This document shows positions 27,776 to 39,334 of a stretch of DNA of 64,000 nt, one piece after another (the stretch's first letter is position 1; every line of letters begins with the position of its first letter). The notes under the pieces were generated by a model, which was given only the letters and a program-made list of their open reading frames with translations, had not been told where the DNA came from and did no database searches. The position numbers and the translations under genes were made by a program. The stretch comes from Gammaproteobacteria bacterium (GTDB lineage Bacteria > Pseudomonadota > Gammaproteobacteria > Natronospirales > JAJUFS01): positions 56,271 through 120,270 of the forward strand of contig DASVDI010000021.1 in the NCBI GenBank assembly GCA_036381175.1, given 5' to 3'.

Positions 27776-28000
27776 TCAATGCTGATCGGTGTACGGCAGC
27801 AGCGCGATGAAACGCGCGCGCTTGATCGCGGTCGTCAACTTGCGCTGGTAGAACGGGCGCGTGCCGGTAATGCGGCTCGGCACGATCTTGCCGGTCTCGG
27901 TGACGTAGCCTTTCAACGTCGCGAGATCCTTGTAATCAATATCTTTCGCGCCTTCGGCGGTGAAGCGGCAAAACTTTCTGCGGCGGAAAAAACGGGACAT
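27776..28000 (-). CDS. rpsR: 30S ribosomal protein S18
   Basis: ...[11 protein letters not shown]...IDYKD...[19 protein letters not shown]... Confidence 0.98.
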   Translation of the reverse strand: MSRFFRRRKFCRFTAEGAKDIDYKDLATLKGYVTETGKIVPSRITGTRPFYQRKLTTAIKRARFIALLPYTDQH

Positions 28001-28032
28001 GGTGTTACCTCTGAATAAGCCAGGGGCGGCGC

Positions 28033-28473
28033 TCAGGCCGCGTCATCCTCGGAATCGTTGTCGTCGCTTTCGCGATCCGAACTGTCGCGCTCGGAGCGGC
28101 GCGGACGATCGTCGTCATCGTCATCGCGACGGCGGCTCGGACGCTCGTCTTCGCCTTCCTTCTTCGCCAGCGGCGATTCTTCGGTGATGGCTTCTTCGCG
28201 ACGAATCGTCATGTGACGCAGCACGGCGTCATTGAAACGGAACGCGCTTTCGATCTCGTCGAGGATTTCACGCGTGCACTCGACGTTCATCAGAACGTAG
28301 TGCGCCTTGTGAATCTTGTTGATGGGGTACGCAAGCTGACGGCGGCCCCAGTCTTCAAGACGGTGAACCTTGCCGTCGGCGCCTTCGACCATCGAGCGAT
28401 ATTTCTCGACCATCGCAGGGACCTGCTCGCTCTGATCCGGATGGACCAGGAACACGATTTCATAATGCCGCAT
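28033..28473 (-). CDS. rpsF: 30S ribosomal protein S6 (long acidic/basic C-terminal tail)
   Basis: [18 protein letters not shown]... is a canonical S6. The tail is [33 protein letters not shown]. Confidence 0.97.
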   Translation of the reverse strand: MRHYEIVFLVHPDQSEQVPAMVEKYRSMVEGADGKVHRLEDWGRRQLAYPINKIHKAHYVLMNVECTREILDEIESAFRFNDAVLRHMTIRREEAITEESPLAKKEGEDERPSRRRDDDDDDRPRRSERDSSDRESDDNDSEDDAA

Positions 28474-28651
28474 TGTGGGCTCCTTGTGGATTGTCAGCCT
28501 CCCGGCCCTGTCAATAAAACAAGGGGGTGAGGCAAGGAGTCGCTTGTCGAATTCCCGGTTCTTGAAGAACGAGCCGAGGCCGGATCAAGCGAAGCGCGGA
28601 ATTCTAATGGAATGGCGTGGGCAGGCGCAAGCCAAACCCTTGAAAACAGGC

Positions 28652-29386
28652 TTATTTGCCAACAATGGTTCGCTGGCGCACCGCCTCGAACAGGCAGATG
28701 CCTGTTGCGACCGAGACGTTCAGGCTTTCGACCTTCTCCGTCATGGGCAACTTCGCCAGCCAGTCGCAGGTTTCCCGGGTCAAACGACGCAGTCCCTCGC
28801 CTTCCGCCCCCATAACAATGGCGAGCGGGCCTTTCAGATCGAGCGCGTAGATCGTCTGCTCCGCGTCGCCGGCAGCACCGGCCAGCCAAATGCCGCGATC
28901 TTTCAGATCCTTGAGCGTGCGGGCGAGGTTCGTGACAGCGAAAAACGGCAGGATTTCCGCGGCTCCCGCGGCGACCTTTCGAACCACCGGCGTGATACCG
29001 CAGGCGCGATCCTTCGGCGCGATTACCGCATGCACGCCAGCGGCGGCGGCCGTGCGCAAACAGGCGCCGAGGTTGTGCGGATCCTGCACACCGTCGAGCA
29101 CGAGCAGGAAAGGCGGTTCGTTCAGGCTGTCGAGCAGTTCGTCGAGGTTATCCGGACCCACCGCCGCGCCGAACTCGCCGATCACGCCCTGGTGATGCGT
29201 GTCGCCGGCCAGTTGATCGAGATCCTTGCGCGAAACGCGTTGCACCGCCACCCCGAGTTTCTGCGCGCGCGATTCGATGTCGTTCAGCCGCGCGTCGCGG
29301 CGATTATCCTGCAACCAGAGTTGCCGGCATTCACGGCCGGACCGCAGTGCTGCAGTAACAGAATGCAGACCGAAAATCTTTTCCAC
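28652..29386 (-). CDS. rlmB: 23S rRNA (guanosine2251-2'-O)-methyltransferase RlmB (SpoU family)
   Basis: ...LVLDGVQDPHNLGACLRTA... and ...IVMGAEGEGLR... are SpoU/TrmH motifs. It lies downstream of rnr. Confidence 0.93.
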   Translation of the reverse strand: MEKIFGLHSVTAALRSGRECRQLWLQDNRRDARLNDIESRAQKLGVAVQRVSRKDLDQLAGDTHHQGVIGEFGAAVGPDNLDELLDSLNEPPFLLVLDGVQDPHNLGACLRTAAAAGVHAVIAPKDRACGITPVVRKVAAGAAEILPFFAVTNLARTLKDLKDRGIWLAGAAGDAEQTIYALDLKGPLAIVMGAEGEGLRRLTRETCDWLAKLPMTEKVESLNVSVATGICLFEAVRQRTIVGK

Positions 29387-29397
29387 GGAGAAATTCC

Positions 29398-31749
29398 CTA
29401 GCGCTTGCGGCCGCGCGGACTGCCGCGCTTTGCACTGCTCTTTTTCTTTCCTGTCTTCTTCTTTCCTGGACCACGGCCTGTTTTCTTGCCATCGCCCCGC
29501 GTCTTGTCCGCGCGCGCAACGTCGCTTCCCGCCGCGGCGTTCGCCGGTTCGAAATCAATCTTGCGTTCATCCGGGTTCACGCGCACGACGCGCACGCGGA
29601 TCGCGTCGGACAAACGATAGACCTTGCCGCCGCGTTCGCCGACCAACCGATGCTGCGCCGGATCGTGGCGGTAATAATCGTTTTCCAGCGAGGTGACGTG
29701 AATCAGTCCTTCGATCTGCATCTCATTCAGCTCGACGAACAATCCGAAATTCGTCACGCCCGTGATGATGCCGTCGTACTCCTCACCAACCTTGTCCACC
29801 ATGAAATCGCATTTCAGCCAGGCGACAGCATCACGCGTCGCTTCGTCCGCGCGCCGCTCCGTCATCGAAGTGTGCGTGCCCAGGGTTTCCATGCGCCGAT
29901 GGTCGTAACCGAATTCCTTTTTCGGGCGCTGATTCGCGATCAGTTTCAGGCCGCGATGCACGAGCAGATCGGGATAGCGGCGAATCGGCGAGGTGAAGTG
30001 CGCGTAATGCTCCAGGGAAAGACCGAAATGTCCGTCCGGCTTCGGCTGGTACACGGCTTGCGACAACGAACGCAGCAACACGGTTTCAATCAAAAAGCGG
30101 TCCGGCCGGTCCTGGATTTTCTCGATCAGTTTCGCGTAATCCTTCGGTTGCGGATTTTCGCCACCGCCGAGGCTCAAGCCCAGCGGCCCGAGAAACTCGC
30201 GCAGATTCGTGATCGACTCTTCCTTCGGCCCGTCGTGCACGCGGTACAGCGTCGGCACCTTGTTCTTGTCGAGGAACTTCGCCGCCTGCACGTTCGCCGC
30301 GATCATGCATTCCTCGATGATCTTGTGCGCGACGTTGCGCTCCGTCGGCTTGATCGCTTCGATCTTGCGGTTCTCATCGAAAATGATTCGTGTCTCGGGG
30401 CGATCAAAATCGATCGCGCCGCGCCGCCGGCGCGCTTTCGCCAGCGCCTGGTAAAGATCATGCAGCGCGTGCAGGCGGTCCACCAGCGGACCGAGTTCAC
30501 GATGTACATCGACGTCGCCTTTCTCGACCAGGTTTGCGACCTTCGTGTAGGTGAGGCGCGCTTTCGAACGCATGACCGCGTCATAGAATTTCGCACGCGT
30601 CACTTTGCCGGCGGCGTCGATTCTCATGTCGCAGGCCATGCACAGCCGATCCACTTTCGGATTCAGTGAACACAAGCCGTTCGACAACGCTTCCGGCAGC
30701 ATCGGGATCACCCAGTCCGGGAAATACACCGACGTGCCGCGCTTCTCGGCTTCGACATCCAGGGCATTGCCGGGCTTCACGTAATGTGCGACATCGGCAA
30801 TCGCGACAATCAACCGCCAGCCACCGTCCCTGAGCGGCTCGCAATAAACTGCATCATCGAAATCGCGCGCATCTTCGCCGTCGATGGTGACGAGATCGAC
30901 ATCGCGAAGGTCAATGCGTCCCGCCTTGGCCGCTTCGGGAACTTCCGCGCCGAATGCTTCGGCTTCCTCGACAACCGCATCCGGAAATTCGTGCGGCAGA
31001 CCGAATGAATGAATCGCAATTTCGACTTCCATGCCCGCTGCGCGATGATCGCCAAGCACGCGCGCGATGCGGCCCAGCGGTTGCGTGTGCGGACCGGGAT
31101 ATTCGACGAGATCCACCAGCACGATCTGGCCGTGCTTCGCACCAAAGCGATCCGTCGCAGGAATCAGCACGTCATGCTGGAAACGTGAATTATCGGGCGA
31201 AACGAAACCGACGCCGCCCTCCTCGAAGAACCGTCCGACCAGCGTTTCGGTATTGCGTTCGAGCACGTCGACCAGGCTGCCTTCCGGCCGGCCGCGGCGA
31301 TCGATGCCGCTGATTCGCACGGAAATGCGATCGCCGTGCATGACGCTTTGCATCTGTCTCGGCGAAAGAAAAATGTCTTCGCCGCCCTCGTCAGGAATGA
31401 GAAAACCAAAACCGTCACGATGCGCTTGCACGCGTCCCGCGACCACGCCGATGCGGCCCGCCAGGCAAAAACCGCCGCGCCGGTTGAACACCAGTTGCCC
31501 GTCGCGCACCATCGCGCGCAGGCGCCGGCGCAGCGCTTCCTGGTCCTGCTCGCTCCGGATGTGAAGTTCGGTTTCGATCTCGTCCTGGTAGGCCGGGCGG
31601 CCCAGGTCTTCCAGCACCTTCAGGATCAGCTCACGGCTGGCGATCGGCTGCTCGTAACGGTCCGCTTCGCGGCGGGCATGAGGATCCCGCTGCGGCGCGT
31701 CGCGCTTCGCGGCGGGCTTGCGGGAAGTTTTCTTTTTCTGTGTTGCCAT
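29398..31749 (-). CDS. rnr: Ribonuclease R
   Basis: The RNB domain has ...TIDGEDARDFDDAV... An S1 domain (...GIITGVTNFGLFVEL...) and a Lys-rich tail follow. Confidence 0.97.
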   Translation of the reverse strand: MATQKKKTSRKPAAKRDAPQRDPHARREADRYEQPIASRELILKVLEDLGRPAYQDEIETELHIRSEQDQEALRRRLRAMVRDGQLVFNRRGGFCLAGRIGVVAGRVQAHRDGFGFLIPDEGGEDIFLSPRQMQSVMHGDRISVRISGIDRRGRPEGSLVDVLERNTETLVGRFFEEGGVGFVSPDNSRFQHDVLIPATDRFGAKHGQIVLVDLVEYPGPHTQPLGRIARVLGDHRAAGMEVEIAIHSFGLPHEFPDAVVEEAEAFGAEVPEAAKAGRIDLRDVDLVTIDGEDARDFDDAVYCEPLRDGGWRLIVAIADVAHYVKPGNALDVEAEKRGTSVYFPDWVIPMLPEALSNGLCSLNPKVDRLCMACDMRIDAAGKVTRAKFYDAVMRSKARLTYTKVANLVEKGDVDVHRELGPLVDRLHALHDLYQALAKARRRRGAIDFDRPETRIIFDENRKIEAIKPTERNVAHKIIEECMIAANVQAAKFLDKNKVPTLYRVHDGPKEESITNLREFLGPLGLSLGGGENPQPKDYAKLIEKIQDRPDRFLIETVLLRSLSQAVYQPKPDGHFGLSLEHYAHFTSPIRRYPDLLVHRGLKLIANQRPKKEFGYDHRRMETLGTHTSMTERRADEATRDAVAWLKCDFMVDKVGEEYDGIITGVTNFGLFVELNEMQIEGLIHVTSLENDYYRHDPAQHRLVGERGGKVYRLSDAIRVRVVRVNPDERKIDFEPANAAAGSDVARADKTRGDGKKTGRGPGKKKTGKKKSSAKRGSPRGRKR

Positions 31750-31796
31750 GGACGCACACTATACGCGGTGCGGGAGAATTTTCACCGGGCGGATAA

Positions 31797-31825
31797 TTGA
31801 CAAGCCCGTTTTGCGCCATTAAAGT
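31797..31825 (+). promoter_or_regulatory. Candidate sigma-70 promoter for tRNA-Leu (TTGACA-N17-TAAAGT)
   Basis: The hexamers and spacing were read directly. The -10 element ends ~35 nt before the tRNA 5' end. Confidence 0.5.
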
Positions 31826-31859
31826 TCGCGGCTCTCCGGCGGACCGCCTGCCGGAAATT

Positions 31860-31946
<87 letters not shown>

Positions 31947-32178
31947 CTCTTCTTGTTTCTTCTTCGTCCTCGATGCCTTCGGATTCCGCTCCGGTGATCC
32001 TGGCTGTGCGCTGCACTGATACCAAGTCAATCTCCGGATTTCATAATCAATTCCTGTTTCCTCTCCTCATGCAGTGGCCCGCTCGATTTTCGAAAATCCG
32101 TGAATTTTGCATTGCAAAGCCGCATTCCAGTCGCCAGCCAGTCACCTCGGCCAATGGACAATCATGAGGAGGTACTCC

Positions 32179-32871
32179 ATGAAATCCGTTTCTCACATCA
32201 TTCTTGCAACCCTGCTCGGCACTGGCACCGCAATGGCGGCCGAACGCATCAACTTCGATCAGCACGACGCCAACGGCGACGGCTACCTCTCGAAGAGCGA
32301 GTGGACGAACGTCGGCAAGATCAACGTCGGCTTCGAGCAGCTTGACCGGAACAGCGACCAGATGCTCGACAAGCAGGAAATCCGCGACTCGCAATTGAAG
32401 CTGCAACAGTCGGGAAACATGCAACGTGCGAGCAGCCAGGGCCAGTCGAACACGCAGTCCAGCCAGGACGGGAAGCAGGCGTTTCAGCAGGCGGACAAGA
32501 ACAGCGACGGGCGCATCAGCCAGGACGAAGCCGGCAACGCCGGGTATGACTATGTAGTCATTTACTACGATCCGATGGATGCGGACGGCAACGGCTATCT
32601 TGACGAAAACGAATGGGACCTGAACGAAACGGGCGCGGGCATCTATGACGACGGCGTCAGCAATATCAGTTACGCCAACGACAGTTTCGATACGTATGAC
32701 GCGAACGACGATGGATTCCTGGACGAAAACGAAGTGGCGGAGGACGACTACCTCGAGGCCAATTTCGACACGTGGGACATCGACGATGACGGTTTCGTCA
32801 CGGAAGATGAAGCGGATACGGGCTGGTTCGACGACAACGACGACGGTGTTTTCGATGACGACGACTGGTGA
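32179..32871 (+). CDS. Secreted EF-hand calcium-binding repeat protein (six DxDxDG-type loops, poly-Asp C-terminus)
   Basis: AGGAGG lies 6 nt before ATG 32179. Signal peptide MKSVSHIILATLLGTGTAMA. The loops are DANGDGYLSKSE, DRNSDQMLDKQE, DKNSDGRISQDE, DADGNGYLDENE, DANDDGFLDENE and DIDDDGFVTEDE. Confidence 0.85.
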   Translation: MKSVSHIILATLLGTGTAMAAERINFDQHDANGDGYLSKSEWTNVGKINVGFEQLDRNSDQMLDKQEIRDSQLKLQQSGNMQRASSQGQSNTQSSQDGKQAFQQADKNSDGRISQDEAGNAGYDYVVIYYDPMDADGNGYLDENEWDLNETGAGIYDDGVSNISYANDSFDTYDANDDGFLDENEVAEDDYLEANFDTWDIDDDGFVTEDEADTGWFDDNDDGVFDDDDW

Positions 32872-32890
32872 TCCGTTCCTGCAAGAAACA

Positions 32891-32920
32891 GAAAGGGCGG
32901 GCTTCGGCCCGCCCTTTCTT
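32891..32920. terminator. Bidirectional rho-independent terminator shared by the EF-hand gene and purA
   Basis: 11-bp stem AAAGGGCGGGC/GCCCGCCCTTT with loop TTCG. T-rich tracts follow on both strands. Confidence 0.8.
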
Positions 32921-32964
32921 GTTCAGCGCTGAACGCAGAATGTTCCATCAACGAAAACGTCAAC

Positions 32965-34391
<1,427 letters not shown>

Positions 34392-34413
34392 CGCACCACA
34401 TTCAACTATCGGA

Positions 34414-34608
34414 CTAGCGAATCCAGTACAACAGCAACACACCAGCGACCATGCTGACAAATCCCATGATCCGCAGCGCGCGATCATCCATGCGCACGGC
34501 CGCCAGCATGGCCTGGCGAAATCCGCGCGGTGACAGCAAGGGCAACAAGCCCTCGATCACCAGCACGAGCGCCAGTGCGACGCCGAGGCTGGACCAGTCC
34601 ATGCTCAA
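34414..34608 (-). CDS. yjeT: DUF2065/YjeT-family small membrane protein
   Basis: 64 aa with 2 TM segments, immediately downstream of hflC as in E. coli. Confidence 0.8.
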   Translation of the reverse strand: MSMDWSSLGVALALVLVIEGLLPLLSPRGFRQAMLAAVRMDDRALRIMGFVSMVAGVLLLYWIR

Positions 34609-34611
34609 CGA

Positions 34612-35481
34612 TCAGCGGCCCTGCTTGTTGCCGAAATAACGGAAGAATTCGTTGTCCGGTTCCAGCACCAGCACGTCACTGCCGCCGATGGAATTCCGGT
34701 ACGCCTCAAGGCTGCGATAGAACGAATAGAAATCCGGATCGCGATTGTAGGCTTCGGCATAGATTTCCGCCGACAATGCATCGCCCTCGCCGCGGATTTT
34801 CTCGGCATCGCGAAATGCGGACGAAAGGATGACCGTCCGCTCGCGGTCGGCCTCGGCGCGAATGCGTTCGGCCTGTTCCGCACCTTCTGCACGCAACTGC
34901 GCGGCGACGCGTGCACGTGCGGCGATCATTCTTTCATACACCGAAGTGCTCACATCCGCCGGCAGCTCGACGCGCTTGACGCGCACATCGACAATGCTGA
35001 TACCGAATTCGTGCGCGGCATCCTGCGCCGCCTTGGATGCAATGTTCATGATTTCCGTGCGCTCCGCGGAAACCACTTCGCGCACCGTGCGCTGTGCGAA
35101 TTCTGCGCGCAGGCCGTCCTTCATGATTTCCAGCAGGCGTTGCTCGGCGACAACTTCCTGGCCGCCGCGCGTCGCGCGGTAGAACTTAACCGGATCGGTG
35201 ATTCGCCATTTCACGAAGAAATCCACGATGACGTTTTTCTTTTCCGCCGTCAGGAATTCTTCCGGACGATTGTCCAGCGTGAGAATGCGGTCGTCGAACT
35301 TGCGCACGCTGTTCACGACCGGAATCTTGAAATGCAGGCCCGGTTCGTAATTCGAACGCACGATCTCGCCGAAACGGAACTTGATCGCCATCTCGCGTTC
35401 GCCGACAACGAACACCGACATGGCGCCGATGATGACGACGAGCGCGAGCAGCAGAAGCAGCAGGCTGTTGAAAGGTTTCAT
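34612..35481 (-). CDS. hflC: Protease modulator HflC
   Basis: SPFH/band-7 protein with an N-terminal TM segment. Order hflK-hflC. Confidence 0.95.
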   Translation of the reverse strand: MKPFNSLLLLLLALVVIIGAMSVFVVGEREMAIKFRFGEIVRSNYEPGLHFKIPVVNSVRKFDDRILTLDNRPEEFLTAEKKNVIVDFFVKWRITDPVKFYRATRGGQEVVAEQRLLEIMKDGLRAEFAQRTVREVVSAERTEIMNIASKAAQDAAHEFGISIVDVRVKRVELPADVSTSVYERMIAARARVAAQLRAEGAEQAERIRAEADRERTVILSSAFRDAEKIRGEGDALSAEIYAEAYNRDPDFYSFYRSLEAYRNSIGGSDVLVLEPDNEFFRYFGNKQGR

Positions 35482-36620
35482 CAGCGGTCTCCCCGGGTGC
35501 GTGCATCGTTGCCATTGCCATTATCCTGCTGCGGCACAACCGGAAGGGGCGCAGTGGAAGACTGGTTCGCGTTGTTGTTGCGCGACTTCATCAATTGATC
35601 CAGCGGCAGGTACAGGAGATTGCCGCTGCCCTCCGCCGTGATCAGCACCTTGCTGGTGCTGCCGAGCACTTCTTCCATCGTCTGGAGATAAAGGCGTTCG
35701 CGCGTCACGTTCGGCGCGTCGGAATATTCTTCCAGCAACTGCAGGAAACGCGAGGTTTCACCGGTGGCCTGCGCGACCACTTGCGCCTTGTAGGCCTGGG
35801 CTTCTTCCAGCCGGCGTGCGGCATCGCCGCGCGCGCGCGGGATGATCTGGTTGACGTATTTCTCCGCTTCGAGCACGAGACGTTCGCGATCTTCGCGCGC
35901 CTTGACGGCGTCGCGCACGGCGGGTTGCACCGGCTCGGGAAAATTCGCGTCCTGCAGGTTCACGGACGTCACTTCGATACCCGCACCGTAAGCAGTCAGC
36001 GTTGACTGGATAAGCTGCTTGGTCAAAGCGGAAATCTGCGCGCGACCTTCGCCGAGCACAAAATCAAGCGTGCTCTTGCCCACGACTTCGCGAATCGCGC
36101 TTTCGGTGACATCCGCGAGCGTGTCTTCGGGATTGCGCACATTGAAAAGGTAGGCGACGGGATCGGCGCGACGATACTGCACGGTCACATCAACGGTGAT
36201 GATGTTTTCGTCTTTCGTCAGCATCAGCGTCTGGTAAGGAAACCGCGCGATCTCGGCGACATTGACCTTCTCGACTTCCTCGATCGGCCACGGCAGATGC
36301 CAGTGCAGGCCCGGCGTGGTGGTTTCGGTGAACGAGCCGAACCGTTTCACGACGGCAACCTCGGCGGCATCAACCTGGTAGATGCCGGATGCCAGCCAGG
36401 CGATGACAAGCACCGCGAGCAGAAGCACGACGGTTGATCCGTTGCCGGAGGAAGATCCACCACTTTTTCCGCCGAACAGGGCGGAAAACTTGCGTTGCAG
36501 GTTGCGAACCAGCTCATCGAGATCGGGCGGATTGCCGCCGCTCTTGCGGCCGTCACCGTTGCCGCTACCCTTGTCGCCCCAAGGGTCCTTGTTGCCCCGT
36601 CCGGGTTCGTTCCAGGCCAT
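35481..36620 (-). CDS. hflK: Protease modulator HflK
   Basis: MAWNEPGRGNKDPWG... Gly-rich N-terminus, a TM segment, and an SPFH domain. Confidence 0.95.
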   Translation of the reverse strand: MAWNEPGRGNKDPWGDKGSGNGDGRKSGGNPPDLDELVRNLQRKFSALFGGKSGGSSSGNGSTVVLLLAVLVIAWLASGIYQVDAAEVAVVKRFGSFTETTTPGLHWHLPWPIEEVEKVNVAEIARFPYQTLMLTKDENIITVDVTVQYRRADPVAYLFNVRNPEDTLADVTESAIREVVGKSTLDFVLGEGRAQISALTKQLIQSTLTAYGAGIEVTSVNLQDANFPEPVQPAVRDAVKAREDRERLVLEAEKYVNQIIPRARGDAARRLEEAQAYKAQVVAQATGETSRFLQLLEEYSDAPNVTRERLYLQTMEEVLGSTSKVLITAEGSGNLLYLPLDQLMKSRNNNANQSSTAPLPVVPQQDNGNGNDARTRGDR

Positions 36621-36688
36621 TGCATTCTCCAGGGATTATTTCAAATCGCGGTGCGAATCGCAGATTGTCCGCGTCCGCACTCGCGTTT

Positions 36689-37981
36689 TCAACGGCTGTC
36701 GAGCTGATGATCGAGCTGGCCGTCAAAGGATTCGCGCCGGCAAAGCTGGCGGTATTCGCGCAGTGGCAGCCGCACATGCATGCGCCAGCCGCCTTCGGCG
36801 CGGTGTTCTTCTTCACGAACGGCGCCGAGATCGAACAGGCGCGCGCGCACCTTGCCCTGCGCGGGCTCCAGTTGCAACCAGCCATCGATGGTTTCATCGC
36901 GCGTCAGCTCTGCGACCGCCTGGCGCAATTCCGGGAATCCTGTGCCGTTCAGTGCTGACAACCAGACCCGTGCGGGTTTGCCTGCTTCGTCGCGATCCAG
37001 CCGAGGCGCATCGCCGGTCAGGTCAATCTTGTTGAACACGAGCAGTTGCGGCACATCTTCCGCGCCGATTTCCTCCAGCACGCCGCGCACCGTCGCCATC
37101 TGCTCGTCGCGTTCCTCGGCGCCGGCATCAACGATGTGCAACAAGAGATCCGCGTCCTTCGTTTCCTGCAAGGTCGAACGAAACGCGGCGACGAGATCGT
37201 GCGGCAGATGCCGGATAAAACCGACAGTGTCAGCAAGCACCGCGTGTCCGCCTTCGGGCAGATCGAGACGCCGCACGGTCGGATCCAGCGTCGCGAACAA
37301 CTGGTGCGCCTGGTAAACATCGGCACCCGTGAGCGCGTTGAACAAGGTGGACTTGCCGGCGTTGGTGTAACCCACCAGCGCGACCGTCGGCACGTAATTG
37401 CGCTGCCGCAGCCGTCGGCCCTGCTCGCGCTGGCCGCGCACTTTTTCCAGCCGTTCGGTCAACGCGCGAATGCGCTTGCCGATCAGGCGGCGGTCGGTTT
37501 CAAGCTGGGTTTCGCCCGGGCCGCGCAGGCCGATGCCGCCTTTCTGGCGTTCAAGGTGTGTCCAGCCGCGCACGAGGCGCGTGGAAAGGTGCCTGAGTTG
37601 CGCAAGTTCGACTTGCAGCTTGCCTTCGTGGGTCTGCGCGCGCTGCGCGAAAATATCGAGAATCAGGCCGGTGCGGTCCAGCACGCGGCACTGGAAGAGT
37701 TTTTCCAGGTTGCGTTCCTGGCTGGGTGACAGCGCGTGGTTGAAGATGACGATGTCTGCTTTTTCTGCTGCGACGACATCGCGGATTTCCTCCGCCTTGC
37801 CGCTGCCCGCGAAATATTTCGGGTCGGGCGCGTAGCGCGAACCCGTGACGACCGCCAAGGGGTCCGCGCCGGCGGACAGCGCGAGCTCGCGCAATTCATC
37901 CAGCGCATCGGCGTCGTGCACACTGTTGAAATCGAGGTGTACGAGGACGGCGCGTTCCCCGCTCCGTGGACGATCAAACAA
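36689..37981 (-). CDS. hflX: GTPase HflX
   Basis: G motifs: GYTNAGKST, DTVGF, NKID. Downstream of hfq. Confidence 0.96.
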   Translation of the reverse strand: MFDRPRSGERAVLVHLDFNSVHDADALDELRELALSAGADPLAVVTGSRYAPDPKYFAGSGKAEEIRDVVAAEKADIVIFNHALSPSQERNLEKLFQCRVLDRTGLILDIFAQRAQTHEGKLQVELAQLRHLSTRLVRGWTHLERQKGGIGLRGPGETQLETDRRLIGKRIRALTERLEKVRGQREQGRRLRQRNYVPTVALVGYTNAGKSTLFNALTGADVYQAHQLFATLDPTVRRLDLPEGGHAVLADTVGFIRHLPHDLVAAFRSTLQETKDADLLLHIVDAGAEERDEQMATVRGVLEEIGAEDVPQLLVFNKIDLTGDAPRLDRDEAGKPARVWLSALNGTGFPELRQAVAELTRDETIDGWLQLEPAQGKVRARLFDLGAVREEEHRAEGGWRMHVRLPLREYRQLCRRESFDGQLDHQLDSR

Positions 37982-38003
37982 CGCGCCACCTCATGAAAAC
38001 GAT

Positions 38004-38255
38004 TTAATTGACCTCGGCTTCCAGCTTGCCGCTGTCATCCAGCGCCATGCGGACCGCGCGCGCAGGCACGACGGTGGAAATCGCATGCTTGTAAACCATC
38101 TGGCTGACGCTGTTTTTCAACAGCACGACAAACTGGTCGAAGGACTCGATCTGACCCTGAAGCTTGATGCCGTTGACGAGGTAAATCGAAACCGGCACTT
38201 TTTCGCGACGCAGCGCATTCAGAAACGGTTCCTGCAGGGACTGCCCTTTGGACAT
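38004..38255 (-). CDS. hfq: RNA chaperone Hfq
   Basis: [46 protein letters not shown]... Confidence 0.98.
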   Translation of the reverse strand: MSKGQSLQEPFLNALRREKVPVSIYLVNGIKLQGQIESFDQFVVLLKNSVSQMVYKHAISTVVPARAVRMALDDSGKLEAEVN

Positions 38256-38356
38256 GACGCGTCTCCTTGTTGTTATAAGGAATGGAGAGCGGTGTTATGC
38301 ATTTTTCCCCAACTCCCCCATTCAGTAGAAAGATTCTAACACAGCGGTTTTGAGCG

Positions 38357-39328
38357 CTATACCTCCGCCCGCCCCGCCAGAAAGGCTGAAACCAGCGCGA
38401 AAAGGCCTGTTTCGTCGTCCACCCAGCGCAATTCGGACTCGCCACGAAACCAGGTCATCTGCCGTTTCGCGTAGCGGCGCGAAGCAACGATGCCGCGGCG
38501 GACCGCCTCATCGAGATCGCAGGTCCCGGCAAGATGCTCAAGGAGCTGCCGGTAACCCACCGCGCGCATGCTGGGCATGTCCGGCTCAAGATCACCGCGT
38601 GCTTTCAACGCGCGTACTTCCTCGAGAAACCCCGCGGCCATCATCGCCTTGAAGCGCGCTTCGATACGCCGGTGCAATTCGGCACGATCTTTGGGCGCAA
38701 TCCCGATTTTCAATATCCGCCAGGGAAATTGCGAGGGGAATTCCCCGGTCTTGCCGGCCTTTTCCTGCTCCGCTTGCCAATGCGCGCTCATCGGCTCGCC
38801 GGTGAGCCGGAAGATCTCCAGCGCGCGCTGGATGCGCTGCGGGTCGTTCGGACCGATGCGCGCCGCCGCTTCCGGATCGACTTCGGCAAGCCTGGCGTGC
38901 ATTGCCGGCCAGCCCGCTTGCGCCGCTTCGGCGTCAATGCCGGCGCGGATTTCCGGATCCGCCGCCGGCATATCTGCAAGTCCGCGCTCCAGAGCACGGA
39001 AATACAGGCCCGTGCCGCCGACCAGCAACGGCACCTGGCCGCTTGCCGTAATTTCATGCATTTCGCGGAGCGCGTCTTCACGAAACCGTGCCGCCGAATA
39101 TCGTTCAGCCGGATCCAGGATGTCCATCAGGCGATGCGGGTAACGTTGGCGCGTTTCGCGATCCGGTTTCGCCGTGCCGATATCCATGCCACGGTAAATC
39201 TGCGCGGAATCGGCACTGACGAGTTGCACCGGCAGGCGCTCGGCCAGCGCGATCGCAGCACCCGTCTTGCCGGATGCAGTCGGACCCATGAGGAAGATAG
39301 CGGGCGGTTTAACGAGCTGCTCGTTCAA
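38357..39328 (-). CDS. miaA: tRNA dimethylallyltransferase MiaA (TTG start)
   Basis: P-loop ...[13 protein letters not shown]... TTG at 39328 is the only canonical in-frame start between the upstream in-frame stop (39368-39370) and the conserved beta-strand before the P-loop. Confidence 0.93.
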   Translation of the reverse strand: MNEQLVKPPAIFLMGPTASGKTGAAIALAERLPVQLVSADSAQIYRGMDIGTAKPDRETRQRYPHRLMDILDPAERYSAARFREDALREMHEITASGQVPLLVGGTGLYFRALERGLADMPAADPEIRAGIDAEAAQAGWPAMHARLAEVDPEAAARIGPNDPQRIQRALEIFRLTGEPMSAHWQAEQEKAGKTGEFPSQFPWRILKIGIAPKDRAELHRRIEARFKAMMAAGFLEEVRALKARGDLEPDMPSMRAVGYRQLLEHLAGTCDLDEAVRRGIVASRRYAKRQMTWFRGESELRWVDDETGLFALVSAFLAGRAEV

Positions 39329-39334
39329 GGCATA

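Noticed and set aside
28474-28651. An rpsF 5' leader, considered as the S6:S18-binding autoregulatory RNA motif. A possible TTGCGC-N18-TAGAAT promoter lies ~110 nt upstream of the start.
   Set aside because: I could not fold a convincing conserved hairpin by eye or recall the motif consensus well enough. The promoter hexamers are weak. A covariance-model search (Rfam) would be needed.
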